A DNA stretch of 63,975 nt, the filler included, from Intoshia linei (taxonomy: Eukaryota; Animalia; Orthonectida), in assembly GCA_001642005.1 (NCBI GenBank). It is 6 parts of 6 records of this genome, joined end to end, with 100 filler letters (N's around TTAATTAATTAA, not from the genome) between each part and the next. Parts side by side here need not be neighbours in the genome. Positions count along the whole stretch, not along the records: positions 1 to 22,051 come from LWCA01000637.1; positions 22,152 to 45,793 come from LWCA01000552.1; 4 more parts are not named here. One strand, given 5' to 3'. Positions 17,501-30,623 of the stretch are shown here, piece by piece. Position 1 is the first letter of the stretch. Every line of letters starts with the position of its first letter. A model generated the notes under the pieces. That model was not told the origin of the DNA. It saw only the letters and a program-made list of their open reading frames with translations, and did not search any database. A program made the position numbers and the translations under genes.

Positions 17501-20384
17501 AATGGGGTCGGCACTAATGGGTTAAGGCTTAACCTTTAAGAGTTGGTAAAATTAGAATTTTTATTTAGTGGTTTGGATGAGAGTTCTGCATCGGATCGTG
17601 TTGAGGTGATATGTACGAACGAACCGGAAAATTTTTGTCCCAAATAAGATTTAAATTTAATAAAAAATAATTAAATTAAGTTAAAGACTACACTGTTCAA
17701 CATTGAAAAATCCTCCTCAATAAAATATACTATAAATGATTATAAAGTATTTGCCAAATTTTTAAACAATTTTATAGAGTTGTTTTTGAGCTATCTTAAT
17801 TAACAAAATACTATTAGTACGTTTTTATTGTAACTTTATTATAAATCACTATATCTTTACGAATATTTACTGTAAGCGCGTTATTTTTTTGTTATATTTT
17901 TACTCATTTTACGACTGGATTTACAAACAATTCAATGGGAAAAAAATGGAAAACTTACTTGGTGAGTACTGCTGGAGAATACATCAGTTGTTAAAATAAT
18001 TAAGATTTGTATAAATTTATAATTAAGATTATTAAAAATATTTATATATTTTTTTGTTTATATTTTAAAATCTACTCTATAGAATCGTCTACAATTTTCA
18101 CTGTTTCGTTTTGAGTATTTTTTCATCATACTAAAATATTAAAACCCGGGGAGGTCATTGTGGAAAGATGGTTTATAGAAGGTAATGTTCATTATTTTAG
18201 TGTTACCATGGAGATTTTGTGTTTTTGAGAGTGGGTAAAAATTCAGCATCACGGAATTACTGTAATAGACAACTTATTTTAATTTAAACAATTACATAAA
18301 ACGATATATAATCAAAATAATGATTATTATTTTTTTATTTTTTAAAGTAATACGCTCTTTTAATTATTAAAGTATTCTATAAAAATGTCTAATTTTTTTT
18401 CAATATTAGTTTTGTCAAAATGTCTTCATTCTAAATAAAAATATCCCGGGAGGTTGAAAAAAAATTTGAAATTGTTGAACAATATTAGTTAATTGAAAAA
18501 TTAAAACACGAAATATTTAAATTTTGTAAACACGATCCGAAGCGATCTAAAGTTCGTGTTCGGATCGTGCTGCAGAACTCTAGTTTGAATTAATAAGTTG
18601 TTGCTCATAAGATTTGTTAAAATCGGATTTTTATCTTCAAAGGTTAGTAAAATTGGATTTTTTATTTTGGGGTTTAAGTTTTTGATGGTTTGAATTTTAT
18701 AAAATAGATTTTTAAAAAAAATATCGGTAAAAGACGATTTTTCAGTGGGATTTAAAATGGTATTTTATATTAAATTTTATTAATGATGGGATAAAAGTGA
18801 GATTTTTGAAATAATAATATAGAGGTGGTATATGGATTACGAATTAAGGAAATCTCCACCAAAGTAAAAATTAAAAACAGTTGATAAAATTGGCTACTTT
18901 AAAATAACTATAGAACCTCATTTTCCAAACAGCTAAATTGATTAAAAATTAAAAATACTTGCGTATTTCTATCTCCACCTTCACTATTTGAATATGTTTG
19001 TAAATATCCAGGAGTAGATGAACACAATACATATTTGGCTTTGCGACATCCGAGCAAAACATTTTTTGTATACTGGGGACCACATAAATGTCTCAATGAT
19101 CCAATAACTGATATAATCTTTAGATTGCTGCAAGTGACGGTAATATCTATAAAAAATAAATATAAATTAAGTATACAATGTTGCCTAAATCAAACGAAAA
19201 AATTACAATTATAACTATGAGATAATAAAATAATGTCATGATTAAGAGAAACGGTACAATGTAAAATATAAGATCCGAGTCTAGCCAAGGTTTTACAATC
19301 ATTCTCCTCTAAACTTGTTTTCCTTAAACAAGCCTCTCTACCAACACTATACAAATGAGTACCAAAAGCATTAAAAGCCAAATCTGAAACCATTTGAGAA
19401 TGCCAATGTATTCTCTTAAAAACGGGCTGATTGTCTTCAAGGTTATACCTACACATAATATATATAGATGGCATTTCAAAAATAAAGGTACCACAGAAAA
19501 ATTGCTCCAGATCGCGTCCCAGCAGCCAACATGCTTTTTTTGTGGTGACATTTGATAATAATGTAGCTATTTTTTTCGTTATTCGGTATATACGCAATTC
19601 TGAAATGAATTTAAAATAATGGAGAAATTTAAATAACTTTTTGGTAATTGCAAAATCTGATATTAGTATAAATCTTGGAAATAAACATACAGCATATCTG
19701 TCCTAGTTTTATTAAATTTACGATAAGATTGACAAAACATAAAATACCTTTGGACCAACATCAAAATTTTTTTGATAGCAAACATGTTTTGTAAAAATCG
19801 CTTTGCCAATTTTTAATTTAAAATTTTCTCGGTTTGATAGTGATACTTTACAAAATTTATATGCTAAAATGTACGGAATTATAAAAGCACTTTAGATTAC
19901 ATTAATTTAAATTAACCTTTTACATCTTTGTAAGCGATATAAAGAAAATTATCATTAAAATGACTCAATTTTGATAAAACCACGTCCATAATCAAAAAAT
20001 TTAAACTGCCTTTGCAAATTTCTTGGTTAGATTTGAAATTGCTGATAATCAAGTTACCCATAAAATCAATTGAAATAATCTAAACAAAGTTTGAACATGA
20101 GTGATTAAACTTCTTTCAAGGCTCACATTGTATATTAAACTTACTTCTTCATTATTAATTTGGTAGATTCGTTTAATTTTTTTAACGTGATTAAGCTTTA
20201 GCACATTAATTAATGCACCAGTTTCAATAAAATATATCAATATACGAGTGAACGAAGGGCAAAAAATTAATCTAAACAAATCATGTACGCAAATTTATAA
20301 ATAATTTTACTTTCCACACATTGAAATACAACATGGACTCATTCTTATATCCTTTCCAGCAATTATATTTTGTTTTACCTTCAT
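14566..20384 (-). CDS. WDR75: WD repeat protein 75 / UTP17 (SSU processome t-UTP), many short exons
   Basis: IHWHSQMVSDLAF..G..LYSVGREACL, LARLGSYILH, STPGYLQTY and C-terminal FLSIPNHSIP match WDR75 motifs; ATG at 20384. Confidence 0.85.
16550..17078 (+). mobile_element. Degenerate Tc1-family transposase 3' remnant
   Basis: Translation LDWPRNSPDMNPIEILWSQLK matches the Tc1 WPxxSPDLNPIE motif, with stops; end TGATCAACCCTG-TA. Confidence 0.85.
17084..17369. mobile_element. hAT-type MITE
   Basis: TIR CAGTGCTTTCCAACC / GGTTGGAAAGCACTG; 8-bp TSD CTGTAGTT / CTGTAGTA. Confidence 0.9.
17579..18582. mobile_element. Non-autonomous hAT (TAG-ended) element nested in another repeat
   Basis: TIR AGAGTTCTGCA / TGCAGAACTCT, subterminal CGGATC repeats, 8-bp TSD GTTTGGAT / GTTTGAAT. 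Confidence 0.8.
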
Positions 20385-20499
20385 TTTGCGATATTAAAGT
20401 ATTTCTATAGAATTTTATTTTATATAAATTATAACTTTAATTTAAACGTTAATTTATTATATTGATTGATATTAGATTTAAATATCACGAGCAAATAAA

Positions 20500-21127
20500 A
20501 GTAAGTATTAATTGAATATTTCCATTTAAGTATTGAATTAAGATGGTGTTTAATAGGCATACATTGTTTATTTTTTTTGTAATTTAATTTTAGTGCAATC
20601 ACGACCAATTTTAAAGAAAAACCGAGTAGTTATACTTTTGAGTGGAAGACATGCCGGAAAAAAGGCTGTAGTGTTGAAGGTAACTTTTTTCTATTTATTT
20701 TACATTTCATTATAATTGTAGTGTTACGACCAAGGGACAACATCCAGAAAATTCGGTTGTGCTCTTGTTGTAGGTGTGGAAAGAGCGCCTCGTAAAGTCA
20801 CTAAAAGTATGAGTAAATCAAAAATTTTGAGGCAGACACGAATGAAAACTTTTATTAAATGCGTCAATTATAGTCACATTCTTCCTACAAGGTTTGTTTA
20901 GTAGTTTTATTGGGTATAGTATATTTTAGGTACACCTTTGAACAACTTACTTTGGCAGCTCCTGTTGATGCAACGTTACTTGCAGACCCCGAAGCTAAAT
21001 CCAAATTTAAAAGAGACGTTAAAACACAATTTGAATCAAAGTTTTTTTCGTTTTTCATTATTTTATAATAATTTTTAGATATAGAAGCGGTACTAATATT
21101 TGGTTTTTCCAAAAATTGGCATACTAA
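20500..21127 (+). CDS. RPL27: 60S ribosomal protein L27 (eL27)
   Basis: RVVILLSGRHAGKKAVVLK, PRKVTKSMSK, FIKCVNYSHILPTRY, YRSGTNIWFFQKLAY-stop; start apparently A(20500)|TG(20594). Confidence 0.96.
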
Positions 21128-21295
21128 TGTAATAAATAAATCTATGTGCTGATATTCATTTATCATTATTTTAAATATGGTTCAGCATTTTTAATTTCTA
21201 TTAACCGGAGATATGAGAGGTTTGTCAAGTTAATACTGCTAATATAAAAAAATTTCATTATACGATTAATAGAGGTATAAAGGATGTATTAAGTA

Positions 21296-21597
21296 CAATA
21301 TTTTTCGGAGGATGAGGTGTACCCTTTTACATAAAAAATTAGGAATGAGCCAGTGCACCTTATATAATTATTTTGCAAGGAAAAATTTTTTTTTTCTAAC
21401 TATATTGTACCATTGGATTCTTAATTTTTTCTTGATTCAGATGTAGAAGATAACAATTTTGATGGATTTACAGATAAATTTGATAATTTATATTTTTTTA
21501 AAACATTTCTTAATAAAATTTCTCGCGTTTTATATGTGAATTTTGTGTTGTAAATTGTTTTTTTATAAAGGTGCGCCTTATACTCCGAAAAATACGG
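21296..21597. mobile_element. Tc1/mariner-pogo-type MITE, inverted relative of 42873-43113
   Basis: Right end GCGCCTTATACTCCGAAAAATACGG-TA; internal similarity to the copy in the CWC22 intron. Confidence 0.8.
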
Positions 21598-22051
21598 TAA
21601 TTGTATAACTTAACTGGTTGACTGTTATGTACTACGTACATTAAGGCTGTTCAAAAAAAATCTATGGTCACACCATATACTTCAAAGTGTGTAATAACGT
21701 ATGTGTCTATTAAAAATGTGTGCCCTAAATCAATTTATATCTTCAAAAGTATATATAAAATGTGAGGTTTATTTTTAAATATTTCATCGGTAACTATCGT
21801 AACAATTCTATTTACATTTATTTATTCGTTTTTAAAGGTTTTATAATAATGAATAAGTTAAATGATTTATCTCTATTGGCAACTGAAATTAATTAGAAAA
21901 GTCATTAGAAAGATATGCATTTCTATTTTACACTATTAAGTCCGTTAATAATCGATTTGATTTCTGATGAATTGATATTTTTATGGAAAAAATGTCGAAT
22001 TACAAAGAATTCAATAAAGCGTAGATTATTACAATTAATAACAAGAAAAAA

Positions 22052-22151
22052 NNNNNNNNNNNNNNNNNNNNNNNNNNNNNNNNNNNNNNNNNNNNTTAAT
22101 TAATTAANNNNNNNNNNNNNNNNNNNNNNNNNNNNNNNNNNNNNNNNNNNN
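22052..22151. other. Artificial gap spacer
   Basis: N44-TTAATTAATTAA-N44, giving stops in all six frames. Confidence 0.98.
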
Positions 22152-22522
22152 AACTTTTTAATTTTGTTAAAAAAACGACATTACTTATGAAACGACCTAA
22201 TATATGTATATATATTGTTGAAATGCACTGTAAATCAAATTGGCAAACGTTTTTCGTCGTAGACCCACATTTTCAATGGATAAATATCACGGACCCCTAA
22301 CAAATTGTAAATACCCTAAGCAATGGTTCCCGATTGGGGTCCGTAAACTATTTGAATTGGGAACCACCGACAAAAATTTTCGTTATTCCCATGCATGTCA
22401 ACGATGACTCAATAATCTCAACTTTCCATGGACCATTTTAACGATCTGTTAAACATGCTTTTAAATTTGTAGTTTCATCAAGTTATCTAATGACTGTCAT
22501 TTGTAAATTTAATTTTTTTTAG

Positions 22523-22978
22523 TAGACACAATTGAATCTCAACCAATAGAAAATATTGCAACCCCTATAACTCAACCAGAAATTGAATCTAAAATTTCCC
22601 CTGATCAATACCGAAAAATTGCAAATTCTTTGGTTATGAAACTTAGAAAAAACGAAGACGATGAAAATTGTGAAAATTGGAATCGCTCACGATTAATTTC
22701 GTGGTATTTGGATGAAATTGAGAAACAAATTGAATCTGAAGAGCAATTATTTAGTGCTAGAAATTTGGTTGATAAAATTATCGATAGACTTTTATATAAG
22801 GTTTGTTTTAGAGAATATTTGAAATTATATACAATTCGATAATTAGGACCATGTATTGATACAATTAAGTGATATTGGTTTGAAAGATATTAGTATAAAT
22901 AGCCAAGAAAAAGTTGAAAAAGAAGATAAAGACAATCAAGTTTTGGTAGCTCACCCAAATTATGTAATTGACATTTGA
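22523..22978 (+). CDS. MCM6: MCM6 last two exons (C-terminal winged-helix domain); 5' part lost at the gap
   Basis: YRKIANSLV.KLR, RSRLISWYLDEIEKQIESEEQL, KIIDRL..KDHVLIQL, LVAHPNYVID-stop. Confidence 0.93.
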
Positions 22979-23494
22979 GTCATATAAAATTTAAAATGAA
23001 CTTGTTACTACATGTACTTTGTTGGGGTTTTAATGTTTAGTTTTAAACCACTCCATTTTAAAAACTACATATTGAATTTTTAAATATATTTTTCTCTATC
23101 AATAAAATCCATTTTTTCGTGCCACTAAACTTGGACTCTTGTTTAAAATTTTGTGACTAAATCAAGGAAGCTCAAATTTCAGCATCAGTAAACAATACAA
23201 CTAATTCCGTGTCCGTTCACAATATCGTATTTATGTTAAGTTTAAATTAAATAATTCATTAACTAGTTCATTTAATTTAGACTACAGACCCAAGTTAAAA
23301 CTGAAATATTAAGATAGCATATACCTACAAAAAAATATACATATTACAAAAAAAAATAAAAATATTCAATTTACTATATTTAGTTTAGTTATCAAGTTAT
23401 TTTTTTACGATCTTTTGATAGTGCGCAAACTAATTCTAATAACAAAATGAAATTAAACGCATTTAATTTACAAATTTAAGCATTCTATACACGA

Positions 23495-25432
23495 TTAATT
23501 CTTATATCTATACTGGTAAAATTACACATATGTGGCTAATAAAATTATACTCCTGGCGGTGCATCCCCGTTAATTAAAAGAGGACTAGCAATTTGTATTC
23601 TTTCCGGATTGTTGTGACTAATATAAATAAATGTATAAATAAAGACTACAAAAATAAACCTCATATCCACAATTCGGTATAGCCAAGCTTTCGCAAAATG
23701 AATAAATGAAGATGTTATCAAGCACGCACTCAAGAAATATGAAATTAATAATATTGTGGTTGAAAAACTAAATTCAATTTGGAAATAATTCAGCTACTCT
23801 TACCAAATTTTGGAAATTATTGCAGAATCTAAATAAAAAAATTTAAATTTACCATTATTATATTATGTACGTTTAGTTTTTTCTGAATATGCATCAGCCA
23901 TGATCTAAAAATGATGAAAATAATTGAGTAAATCTTACAATTGAGCATAAAATAAAAAAGCTCGACAACATACAAGTTGTGAGAATCATGAACCAATATA
24001 GTACGGCCAATCTAATTTTTTTCAATTTCAAATAAAATGAACATTACATTTTTAAATATATAGGTCTTCGTTTGTCAATTCCTACGAATCCAAATAGAAA
24101 ACATAACAGAGCCATATAGTTATAAATATCCAATAAAATTAGTCTATTTTCAATTCATTTTTATTTATATTTTAATATAAATTTACCCGAGTCGTTGATA
24201 GTAGTCTAAAAAAATTGTTAAAAATTATACAGCTAATATCCTTAAAATAATTGTTTATTCGCATCACCTTTTAAGATGATCTGTCAAAAAATGAATATGT
24301 AGTATAATGGTACAGGTAAACCCAAAGCCGAGCCTACATCATTATTCCAATTTAAGTATTTAAAATTTTGTATTTTTACAAGTTATAAATGTCAGTGGTT
24401 TTAAAAATGGTCTACATGAAAAATATTAAATAAAATGGTGGTAACATTTTTTAAACGATAACATTAAAAAAATTTTTTGACAAGTGGTCTATACTGGAAA
24501 AAAGTTTGCGAACCACTGGTCTACAAGTAATCCAAGTCCGTGAATAGGTTTCTAGGGCTGTATAGTATTACGCATCGTTTGCAAAAATTTACCAAGTTTA
24601 TGATAATTTTAATAATGGACATTATTGATGAGTACGGGCGGATAACAATTGGAAATACGTCACGTGTATTCTCTAATAAATAATATGAGTTGTTTATAGG
24701 AATGTTAAATATTCATAAAAAGTGGTAACACATCGCAAACGGAAAAAAAATATAAACTAAAAGATTTACACGACAAAATGAGGTCATCAAGATTTTTTTT
24801 GGTAACGCAGGTCAATGACATTGTGAGAAACTAAAAATTGATTTTTGAATGTTAAAAATTTTATAAACGTAGAATTTTAAGAGATAAAGGTTATAATAAA
24901 TGAATAATTTAAAAACCCAAAAAAATAAAATTCTAAACTTTAAAAATATTAAATAAAATTACCGAAATGGAGATAATTAAAAGTTTTAATCTAAATAATA
25001 GATTACAAAAAATACAAAGATTGCAACCTGTAAGGATTCTAAGTGAATAAAAAATATCGTTGTAGCGTATATATTGACAGCGGAAAATAATAAGAGAAAG
25101 ACATGTAATATCAACAGAACTGAATAACTTGAATCGTTGATTGTATATTTATTTTTTCGGTGCACTTTTCGACATATTAAATACAATAATGTAAACCCCA
25201 GATAAATATAGCAAATAATCAATGGAATTAACCAATAGAGCCATGCAGACTAAATGAAAAATATGTTTTACAGTAACTTTCACTTTTTCAAATATAGTAA
25301 ACTCACTTCAATATGTTTCAATGTAAAAGCCTTGTAATCAATCTTTTCCAAAGTAAAGGCATATCTTGGCAATAATTTGTAAAATCTAGGTATATTTTCC
25401 AAATCAGAGTAATAGTAAAATAATGAAAACAT
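23495..25432 (-). CDS. Divergent tweety (TTYH)-like membrane protein, multi-exon
   Basis: LLPRYAFTL resembles TTYH QLPRADFQL; TM1 ends LYLICR; YYQRL precedes TM3; IMADAY follows TM4 (cf. GLSDFC); TM5 then AKAW (cf. PRAW); C-terminal PLL..APPGY. Confidence 0.65.
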
Positions 25433-26084
25433 TTAATTTAATTTTAAAATTTAATTTTATCGGTTAGTTTACAAGGAATCCAGTCATCCCGATTTGCATA
25501 ATTAATACAATACTCTGACAACAATACTCAATAACCATGTTTATGAAATAATTACTATCTAGATACTTACTACTATGTAAATAGTTACTATGTTTTCAAA
25601 TTCAAATCCGTCCTAGAATTATAAAAAATACACATTCTAATAAAACGTTTTAAATTCATCAATATTATGATAATTTTCAATTTCAAAATATTATATCTTT
25701 ACGACCAAAACCCCAAAATACTTTTTTGTAAAAATAAAGAAAGTTTTATAATTTTATACATAAATTCTAGAATGGTTTTTAAATTCATAAGCATTATCAT
25801 TAGGGCAAGCAAAAGTTAATAAAGTTAATTTTTGATATGTTAATTAGTTTCAAATTTCAAAAATGGTGGTACCATATATATCCATATTAATTGACTAATT
25901 AAAAAAAATTTAGGTTAATAAAGTTACATTTTGAAATATTTAATTATTACACGTGCATTTTATTTTAAATTTTACTGACTACGATTTGTTATAAAAGTAA
26001 TATTATGTTACTTTTTGTACTATTGATATATAAGTATGCCATTAAATTAGCAATATTCTAAAACTTTATCCAACTGAATTTAAA

Positions 26085-26291
26085 ATGATTGATAATTTAT
26101 TTTGTTCAAGATGCAATTGCAATGTCTTGTTTGATAAATTACATTATGTACAGGTACATAGGAGTTCATCAAAACAGAAATCTTTAAATACTGTTATTCC
26201 TATACGAAAATACTTAAAAGTTAAGAGTGATTTTGCATTAGAAGTGTTAGAAGCTTTTTTGTCAGCAGACATACCATTATATATTAAATAA
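26085..26291 (+). pseudogene. hAT transposase / CGGBP1-like N-terminal fragment
   Basis: LFCSRC..H..SSK zinc-finger-like segment and F..EAFLSADIPL motif; truncated, next to a MITE. Confidence 0.6.
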
Positions 26292-26348
26292 ATAAATTTG
26301 AATTAGTTAAAATAATTATTAATGGTATACCAGAAAATAATATAACTA

Positions 26349-26800
26349 CAGTCATGTTTCGTTAGTAAACGATTCATTGGTAAACAATTTTCCAAAATGT
26401 TTCGTTAGTTAACAAAAAATAAATTTTTATAAATGTTAAGATTATTTATGCATCCTACTGTATCACAGTAATAAAAATTTTATAATACAGTTGCTCTAAT
26501 TTAGAGCATAGTTAGAGTTAGTGGCTCTAACACTACCTTAATATTTATTACAGTTAAATATTACTGTTTAAATTGTATTGTAGTTGAATTTAAATTATAG
26601 TTTAAAATTGAAAATGAAGAAAAATCGAATTTAAGATCGCGAATGTTTAATAATTATTATAATCATATAATTACTATTTTGTAAATTAAAATGAATGTTT
26701 ATATATCACTATGACATGTATAATGTTTCGTTAGTAAACAAAAATAAAATAGTAGACAAAGACTAGTTTATTTTCATTGTCTACTAAAGAAACATGACTG
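26349..26800. mobile_element. Tc1/pogo-type MITE
   Basis: TIR CAGTCATGTTTC / GAAACATGACTG, TA TSD, internal GTTTCGTTAGT repeats. Confidence 0.88.
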
Positions 26801-27020
26801 TACTTTACTTGCTTACATTACAAATTAGTTTAATTACTTATATATTCTTTTGGACCTCAAATTTAAAGGTCTAAACCGGTCCACATTGGCTCCTTTGAGA
26901 AGCACTGAATTACACCTAATAATCTTCTATTACGCTAATAAAGGGTAACCGGTTAGAGAACAATAAATTTATTGCATACGTATACAATTTGATGTACATC
27001 AAAAACTTTAATAAATAAAA

Positions 27021-30000
27021 CTAGTCAAAAATAATCAATGGAGCTTCTTCCTTTTCTTCTTCTTTTTTTGATTGTATTTGTTCATTTTCAGAATTGGGTA
27101 CATTTGGTAAATCTTGATGTATATTGTGTATTTTAGATCGTGCATAATCCAAACTAATAGGATAATTAGGATTAACGTAATGAAGAGGATTGATATAGGG
27201 GGGATAGTGTGAAATAGAATTAACATATGGATTAATGTGTAGAGGGACTTGAGCTGGATGAAACTGTGTACCTTGGTTAACATTACTCATAGGTACTTGA
27301 AAATTAATGGGGTTAGTTGGCATCTGATGCGTATAAGAAGAATTAACAAAAGGCTGTTGATAAAAATTATTCTGCGGTATTTGTTGGTTCAAATTAACAT
27401 TTTGTAATTTTCCAACAATTTCATTCTGGGAATAGGTATTTGTATAATTATCTTGTAAAGAAGGGTTTTGGTTGTATAAATATGGCTCCTGGTTTTGCCT
27501 ATAAGAGACTTGATTCTGAAAATGTGGTACCTGGTTTTGTAAATTATTTGGTACACCATCTTGGGGCTGAGTATTATTCATATTCAATATATCTTTTTTG
27601 TAATAAACTTGCTTCATCTTTCTCAGTTCATTTAATTTATAATTTAATTCTTGATTTCTTAAATTTTTTTCCTGTTGTTTTACGTGTTCTCGTTTTTTGT
27701 CATACTCTGAACGTAATAGCTGTAAAGCACTACGACAATCGTTTACCTCATCCAACTTTTCTTGAAAATTTTCGTACTTATGGCGTTCTTTTTCCAAATT
27801 GTCAATATCTGCTGTCAATTTTTTGTTCATTTGATTAAATAATTTATCATAAAAATTTCGAACTATCGAATCTTGTTCCAAATATCTACCTCTATCAAAA
27901 TTACTCTGTATCCTGTTAACAAAAATATCTATAGAAGATTGGATGTCTTCAACGTCCAATGACACAGTTTTCAACGAAACGTCTTCCTTTACACTTTCTG
28001 GAACCACCGGTTCAGGTTTTTTTGAAATAACTGGCAACGGCAATTTTGCATTTTCAATTATCACCGTTTCTTGTTGTGGTTTCATCTCAATTTTAGGTTC
28101 GAAATTATTTAACACTAAAGGAGACATCTAAAATAAATTATTTCAAAATATAAAAATAGTTTACGTCATTTGATGGAGGGAATGGAGCCTTCAATTGCAC
28201 GTCATCTTCAATTGGATAACAAGTCTAAATTTATAACAAATATACCAATAATTACATAGATATCAGGAGTTCTCAAAGATTTAAAAACCGAGGATTTATT
28301 CCATAACAAAAATAATAATTCTGATATTTCAATTTTTATTCGGAACTGGTGGACCTATCGGGTCAGCAATTAATTAATTTTGAAATTTAAACTTAAAATT
28401 ATAAAATTCAGGTCCATGTTAAACATTAAGTATTCGCATTTTATGGTGACCGAAATGTGAACTGATTAAATGAAATATACATTTTGTGACATTTCGGAAG
28501 ACATCATATCTGAGAATGTAACTTGATGAGATTTTTCAATATATTTGTTGTTAGGAACGAAAGAATGTCTACGTACGTCGTCCTCTCTTGCAGTGATTTC
28601 GCTTCTTTTTAATGCCTCAGATAGCATCTTTTCCTCGTTAGAAACTAATTCATCGGTCTGAGGATCATGTGTACTCATAGTCTTTTCATTAGATTCAATT
28701 GACGGTATGAAACTATAATTTTTAAAATAAATTTAATATTAATATTAATCGTATCCGGGCCGGATTAAATGGAAATTTTAAAATTTCATACAAATTGTCA
28801 GTCTCTCAAATGGTAAAATTTTACTATGACCTCTAATGTTTCCAGTGGCTCCTTAGGAAACCTATGACCCAATTTAGACAACCCTGAGCTAAATCATCCG
28901 TGTTTATAGTATTATAAAGTTGTTATTACTTTATTCAGTGATCACCAACATCTTTAAAATTTAACTCTTCACGAGTGGAAAACTTTAACACTCTAGAGCA
29001 GGCATTCTCAACACTTTTCGCTGTGGACCCTTAAGATGATATTACAAAAAACCTGTGGACCCCAAAGAAATTAATAATAATGACAATTTTTAATGAATCA
29101 TTACATTTGGGTGGAACGAATGATGGTCAAAAGACATAGAGTCCTCTATTTTTGCGAGGTGATAAACTTAATGAACTATTAATATTAAACTTTAACCCGT
29201 CATTGTACCCAAAATGGAATATGTTTTTCAGGTATTGTTTACTACATATTTTATCAGATCAATAAAAAGTCTATATTATCTATCTTACCTGTGAAGAATT
29301 AATATTTTATATCCCTTGGTTAATGTTTGATAGAATCAAGAATATTGACTGAATTTTTTGTCCCATTTTCAATTTGAAATTTGATAACTGAAATTAAAAT
29401 AACTGAAAAAGGTTTTAATTTATTAAAACAATATAGATGGCGCATAACATTACGTGAACAATTGATCATGTGACTTGATGCCTTTTGGTACATTCACATA
29501 TACATTTAAATGAAATTAAAAGAGACGCTCTAAAATCAAACTTGATATTAAGACACCCCTAAAAAAAATTTTGCCTTAGGCGAAGTTAAATATATTGCTT
29601 GCACCACATTAACTAGCCTCTTGGATCCACCCCTGCTAGAGCGATGCGTAACCGATATTGACGCAAACTGATTAAATTAATTCCAGTATGATTGTTCCAG
29701 TGTGATGTTAATTTTAATATGCAACGTTATTTTTTTATCTGACCCCCGAATCCAAGTTTGGTGACTACTACCGTAAATATTGATAAGATCACTAAATAAA
29801 CATTGTCACGCCGTCTCACCATTATCAATGCAATTAGAATGAAGAAGTAATAAAAGAATGTTACGACTTGAAACAACGTAAAATTACTAATTATCTTCAA
29901 GATTCATATTGATTTTGCCATAACATTCATCACACACCCTGACAGCGGTTCGAACCTTTAATTGAGGAACATTGACCTTTTTACTGCTATGATCGTCACA

Positions 30001-30623
30001 AAACGTATTACCACATAGTCGACAATGATGTCGTCTTATAATAAACGTAAATTTAATATCACATTTATGGCAAACATCGTTATTTTGAAATGTAGGTAAT
30101 TCGCCAAGAGTGTAAATATTATCTGAAAGTTGTAAACTTTTGACACCTAAAAACGAAAATTAAAAGAAAAAAACGAAAACAACCATATAAATTCAATAAA
30201 GCCTCTGCATCATGTAAAACTTTAAATTTTTCATTGGATTTAAAAGCACAAGACCAAGCCATAACAATTTCCATATATTTTTTCTTCAAATCATCGGAAA
30301 CTGAACGTGTCTAACAAATTATAAAACAAATTATAAAGTAAAACTACCCATCCATCTGCAATACTTGATAGTAAATTAGACTCAGCTATACAATTTTGAA
30401 AATGACATCCACAGTTTTTCATAAAATAATCAATAATATCCAAAAAATTGATCAAATTTTCTTCTAATGCTTGATCATAAAAAGCATTCAAATCGTTAAC
30501 AAATGAATGCAATTGAGCCATTGAATATTGATGATTCAATCTATCTACCATAACTAACAAAACCTGATAGTCCATAGATTTTGAGTTTACCACTTCAACA
30601 AGTTTCTCCAAATCGCTCACCAT
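27021..30623 (-). CDS. HGS: Hrs/Vps27 ESCRT-0 subunit
   Basis: VHS domain (MKNCG, IVMAWSCAF), FYVE (RRHHCRLCG..FC..VRVCDECY), UIM (EEKMLSEALKRS), coiled coil, Q/P-rich tail and terminal clathrin box LIIFD. Confidence 0.93.

Noticed and set aside
22096-22107. TTAATTAATTAA as a biological motif or piggyBac target
   Set aside because: Identical and centred in every 100-bp N gap; an artificial six-frame stop linker
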